From contig JBDRBK010000051.1 in the NCBI GenBank assembly GCA_043822705.1, forward strand, positions 1 through 19,828: a stretch of 19,828 nucleotides of DNA, in the 5' to 3' direction. Each line of letters starts with the position of its first letter. The first letter of the stretch is position 1. The DNA is from Fidelibacterota bacterium (GTDB taxonomy: Bacteria > Fidelibacterota > Marinisomatia > Marinisomatales > TCS56). A program made the translations under genes and the position numbers. Shown here piece by piece: positions 16,533 to 19,828 of the stretch. A model generated the notes under the pieces. The model ran no database searches. It saw only the letters and a program-made list of their open reading frames with translations, and had not been told where the DNA came from.

Positions 16533-16541
16533 ACCTCCTTT
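16533..16541 (-). promoter_or_regulatory. Shine-Dalgarno site of the 1304-aa gene
   Basis: AAAGGAGGT on the - strand in the 22-nt intergenic gap, 11 nt before ATG 16521. Confidence 0.8.
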
Positions 16542-16543
16542 AA

Positions 16544-19500
16544 TTACAGTTCTACCTGAAGCCCGACCCGCAACATCCGCGGCACATCATGGCGCACCGG
16601 GTCGAGTAAGGCATTCTGGTAACTGATTAACCGGTCCTGATACAGAGTTACTGCAGGAGCGGACGGATATGAGACTAACTGCCCGGCCAGCCAAACTACG
16701 CCGGCATCGGTCTGCAGGAAGCCATCTTCACTGGCTTCACCGGTAGACTCATAGACTTCGGTAACATTCAACTTCGCCAGGACATTGACAACCAGAATAT
16801 AGGCGTTGATTTTTATGTCGCCGACCTTAAATCCTTTGTCAATACGAAGGTCCAACTGGCTCCGCCAGGGCAAATCGCCCGAGTTGATGGCGGCGGTCGG
16901 AGTCCACCAGCCGCGGCCGTAAATGGCGCTCTGATCGTAGCTGGGCGTGTAAGCCTGTCCACTACCGAAAGTCATCACCGCATTCAGGCCGAGGTCGGCC
17001 AGCAGCGGATTTCTGGATTCGGTACGGTAGTCAACCATCAGCGAGCCGGTATGTCTCTGGTCGTAGTCAAGACGGTTGATAATCGACGGGTAGGTATCGC
17101 CGGTCCAGGTGATATTCCAGTTGGAAAGCGGATCGGAGCCGGTACCGCGGGCCCACATAGCCGTGTAGTTAAAGGCGGCCATTACGCCGTGCATCCGGCG
17201 CAGATTGACATTGAAAGAGAATCCCTGGGTAACGCCGAAGTCGCCGTTCATGTACTGGGCCCAACTGAACTCGGAGCCGTCGACCAAAGCAGTGACATCT
17301 TCCTCGTCGCCGCGGTTCTTGAGCATTACATAGTCACGGACTTCTTTATAGAAACCGGTAACATCGATCGCGGCGCTCATCCCCATCTGCTGGGTAAAAC
17401 CGATTTCATAAGAAGTCGTCCGCTCGGGTCTCAGCGTGGGATTGGGCGAAGCGGTCTGGTTGCCCTGTGTCAGGTTTGCGGCCAGACGCGAATCGGACAG
17501 ATACAGGAAGGCCAGGGGGGCGGGTTGCCAGTAATGACCATATTGGGCATGAAATACGGTCATGTCAGTCACCGGGAAAGAGAAACCAATGCGCGGTTGA
17601 ATCGCCGTATATTTCTCCACCGGTTCCCATTTATTACTGCCCTCGATGGTTCTCGTTACACCATTACGGGTGAAATCGCCATCGCCTTCACGATGTACGC
17701 GACCGTCGTAAAGCGTGACATTATCAAAGCCCGCATCATCGGCCCAGCCATCACCGTCGGAATCGGGTCCGTAGGTGTTCGGATCAAACGTTTCATAGGA
17801 AATACCAAGGTTGAGAACCACATCACGGAATTCAATCTTATCGGCAAAGAAGATACGTGATATGACGGACTTGCCGGGTTCCATACTGTGGTCAGCCATT
17901 TTGTAGCTGTCGGTTTCTTCGCCGAAAATATTGTAACCGATATTGTAGGTGTAGGCATTACGATAAACGTTGTAACGCCAGTCGTCAATATCGGCATAGG
18001 CGGTCAATTCACCGGGATCCACTACTCCATTGAAGTTTAGATCAAGCTGATCTATGGCCTGATAAATCTCGCGCGATTGTGAAAGCTGATAGTAACGAAT
18101 CATAGTGTTATAGTATTCGAAACCACCCTTCAGTTCATGGTTGCCGATCTGGTTCAGATAATCGGTGCGGATGCCAAGTGTTTTCTCATTACGTTTTACA
18201 TAACGATTCCACTGAGCGCCATAACCGTCATAATCAACCAGGGCTGGGATGGACAGAGTGTTCAGACCATGATCCCGGTAATAGTAGTTGACCGAACCGA
18301 TATCAGCGGTTCTTTTACCGTAGGCCATAAAATCATCGCCGAAATTCGGATTATACTCTTCCAGGTAGTAGTCTTTCAGGCTCAATGTCGTTCTCAGGAA
18401 CGATTTGGGTGACAATGTCATGGTGCCGTTGATAAAACCCAGCTTCATTCCGGTTTCGGTTACCGGCTGATTATCCGAATTGAGCAACTGGTAGGTCGAG
18501 TTGTTGTTATGCACCTCCCGATCCCACATCGATCCGCCAACCTTGATTCGCAGTGGTTTCAAGTCGAACGTAATGTTACCGGTCAAAGCCAGTTTTTCGT
18601 CGGTGGCGTTCTGCCGGGGACCATATTTTCTGGAATAGTTGTCAGCGTAGATGTAGGTCGTGTCGACCCAATCCGGCCGGTTTTCGGCAATGGCGGCAAG
18701 CGGCAGCCCTTCGCCCCATTCAGTACCGTCAGCCCATACCAGTGAATCAGGGTTGGTCTGGTTCATGCGGACGAACATTTCACCGTAGATGATACCTTCG
18801 ACCAGTTCACTGGCGCCGTTCTCCTGATCACCATCGATCCAGGGTTCGCCGGTCACCCAGATTTTAGTCAAATCAGCGCCGGAAGTCAGTTCATATACAT
18901 CCGCTTCCGGGTGGGTCGTATAGGCTGCTTCATAGTCCAATGACTTGAACTTTTCAACATTGAAATAAAACCTTGTGTTTTTGGTAATTGGGCCACCAAA
19001 GTCAAAATTCAGCAAGTTGTAACCGTAACTGTAGAGGGCGTCAGGATCTGTACCCGGACTGCTCCCCAAGTCGGTCACATATTCGAAGGATCCCGTCCAA
19101 GCGGAACCGCCCGACTTGCTGGTTATATTGACCACACCACCATTGGCGCTACCGTACTCGGCCGAGAAACCACCGGTCTGGACCGATACTTCCTGGGTCC
19201 CGGATTGCGATATACCATTGGTGATATTGCCGCCATTCCACTGATTGCGGACCAACACACCATCGACATAGTAAGCATTGTCACCATCTCGTGATCCACG
19301 AACATGGCCGTCGACAACACCGGTCTGAAGGTTAACCAGGGCCTGCACATTTCTCAATGGCAGGTTCTCAATAACCTCGGAGTCGATGATACGGTTGGTA
19401 TTGGTAGCGTTTAAGTTGATGATCGGCTTCTCGGCGGTGACAGTTACTTCTTCACCTTCCAATGCCGCAACCTCAAGACTGAAATCAAGCCAGGTCGTGA

Positions 19501-19774
19501 GGTCAGCCGAAACATGTAAGTTGTCAACCGTTAAAGCTTTGTACCCAATGTACTGTGCTCTAACGGAATATACTCCTACTTGTACGTCCATAACGTAGTA
19601 TTGTCCATCTGCGTCAGTGGCCGTACCTTGCGTTGTACCTACCAATAAAACATTGGCACCACCAAGTGGCGCACCATTTTCATCGGTAACCACACCTGAT
19701 ATCTTACCGCTAGTTTGGGCAAGCACCAGGGTTGGGAGTACAATCAAAGCCAGTAGGGCTACATATTTTCTCAT
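16544..19774 (-). CDS. Large TonB-dependent receptor (Oar-like) with N-terminal carboxypeptidase-regulatory-like domain
   Basis: 1076 aa from ATG 19774 (SD GGAGGA at 19781-19786; the ORF track extends to 19825). Signal peptide ending VLA-Q, GKISGVVTD domain, TonB box EEVTVTA, plug HVRGSR...YYVDG...TGGFSAEYGSANGGVVNITSKSG, barrel motifs QPRIGFSFP, NPTLRPERTTSYEIGF, DYDQRH, and terminal PRMLRVGLQVEL. Confidence 0.93.
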   Translation of the reverse strand: MRKYVALLALIVLPTLVLAQTSGKISGVVTDENGAPLGGANVLLVGTTQGTATDADGQYYVMDVQVGVYSVRAQYIGYKALTVDNLHVSADLTTWLDFSLEVAALEGEEVTVTAEKPIINLNATNTNRIIDSEVIENLPLRNVQALVNLQTGVVDGHVRGSRDGDNAYYVDGVLVRNQWNGGNITNGISQSGTQEVSVQTGGFSAEYGSANGGVVNITSKSGGSAWTGSFEYVTDLGSSPGTDPDALYSYGYNLLNFDFGGPITKNTRFYFNVEKFKSLDYEAAYTTHPEADVYELTSGADLTKIWVTGEPWIDGDQENGASELVEGIIYGEMFVRMNQTNPDSLVWADGTEWGEGLPLAAIAENRPDWVDTTYIYADNYSRKYGPRQNATDEKLALTGNITFDLKPLRIKVGGSMWDREVHNNNSTYQLLNSDNQPVTETGMKLGFINGTMTLSPKSFLRTTLSLKDYYLEEYNPNFGDDFMAYGKRTADIGSVNYYYRDHGLNTLSIPALVDYDGYGAQWNRYVKRNEKTLGIRTDYLNQIGNHELKGGFEYYNTMIRYYQLSQSREIYQAIDQLDLNFNGVVDPGELTAYADIDDWRYNVYRNAYTYNIGYNIFGEETDSYKMADHSMEPGKSVISRIFFADKIEFRDVVLNLGISYETFDPNTYGPDSDGDGWADDAGFDNVTLYDGRVHREGDGDFTRNGVTRTIEGSNKWEPVEKYTAIQPRIGFSFPVTDMTVFHAQYGHYWQPAPLAFLYLSDSRLAANLTQGNQTASPNPTLRPERTTSYEIGFTQQMGMSAAIDVTGFYKEVRDYVMLKNRGDEEDVTALVDGSEFSWAQYMNGDFGVTQGFSFNVNLRRMHGVMAAFNYTAMWARGTGSDPLSNWNITWTGDTYPSIINRLDYDQRHTGSLMVDYRTESRNPLLADLGLNAVMTFGSGQAYTPSYDQSAIYGRGWWTPTAAINSGDLPWRSQLDLRIDKGFKVGDIKINAYILVVNVLAKLNVTEVYESTGEASEDGFLQTDAGVVWLAGQLVSYPSAPAVTLYQDRLISYQNALLDPVRHDVPRMLRVGLQVEL

Positions 19775-19780
19775 TGTAGA

Positions 19781-19786
19781 TCCTCC
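19781..19786 (-). promoter_or_regulatory. Shine-Dalgarno site of the large TonB-dependent receptor
   Basis: GGAGGA on the - strand, 6 nt before ATG 19774. Confidence 0.8.
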
Positions 19787-19828
19787 ATTAGCTGATAGAT
19801 TTATCTTAACAGAATTTTGGCGCAATTC

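Noticed and set aside
17051..17860. 269-aa + strand ORF
   Set aside because: Antisense shadow of the TonB-dependent receptor barrel, with no independent evidence.
19775..19825. 17-codon N-terminal extension of the large receptor in the ORF track
   Set aside because: ATG 19774 has a strong SD and gives a canonical signal peptide; the extension overlaps that SD.
1..19828. CRISPR arrays, tRNA/rRNA genes, IS or prophage genes, defence systems
   Set aside because: Intergenic gaps are all under about 165 nt. No regularly spaced repeats, cloverleafs, or transposase, integrase or nuclease motifs were seen.

Overview
Bacterial chromosomal window of 14 intact CDSs, devoted mostly to the cell envelope. 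Gene content (PorV-family barrel, T9SS type-A-like C-terminal domain, Oar-type TonB-dependent receptor) points to the FCB supergroup, and the strong Shine-Dalgarno sites favour a lineage outside Bacteroidia such as Marinimicrobia, Calditrichaeota or KSB1 (inference). Left to right: (i) + strand mgtE, a GT2 glycosyltransferase, a DUF3108-like protein and a small membrane protein; (ii) a - strand, translationally coupled ABC-2 ATPase, permease and LolA-fold protein; (iii) a full-length type II dehydroquinase (AroQ) homolog that has lost nearly all catalytic residues; (iv) an AT-richer - strand block with a TonB-dependent receptor and two tandem paralogous FN3/beta-helix lipoproteins; (v) a terminator-delimited - strand operon of an Oar-like TonB-dependent receptor, a 1304-aa acidic secreted protein with a T9SS-like CTD plus an extra tail, and its own PorV-family barrel. 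Block (v) is the best candidate for an uncharacterised system: a SusCD-analogous surface complex whose extracellular partner may be held by a cognate PorV paralog rather than by a lipid anchor. No RNA genes, CRISPR arrays or mobile-element genes were seen. All family calls come from motif recognition by eye, not database searches.
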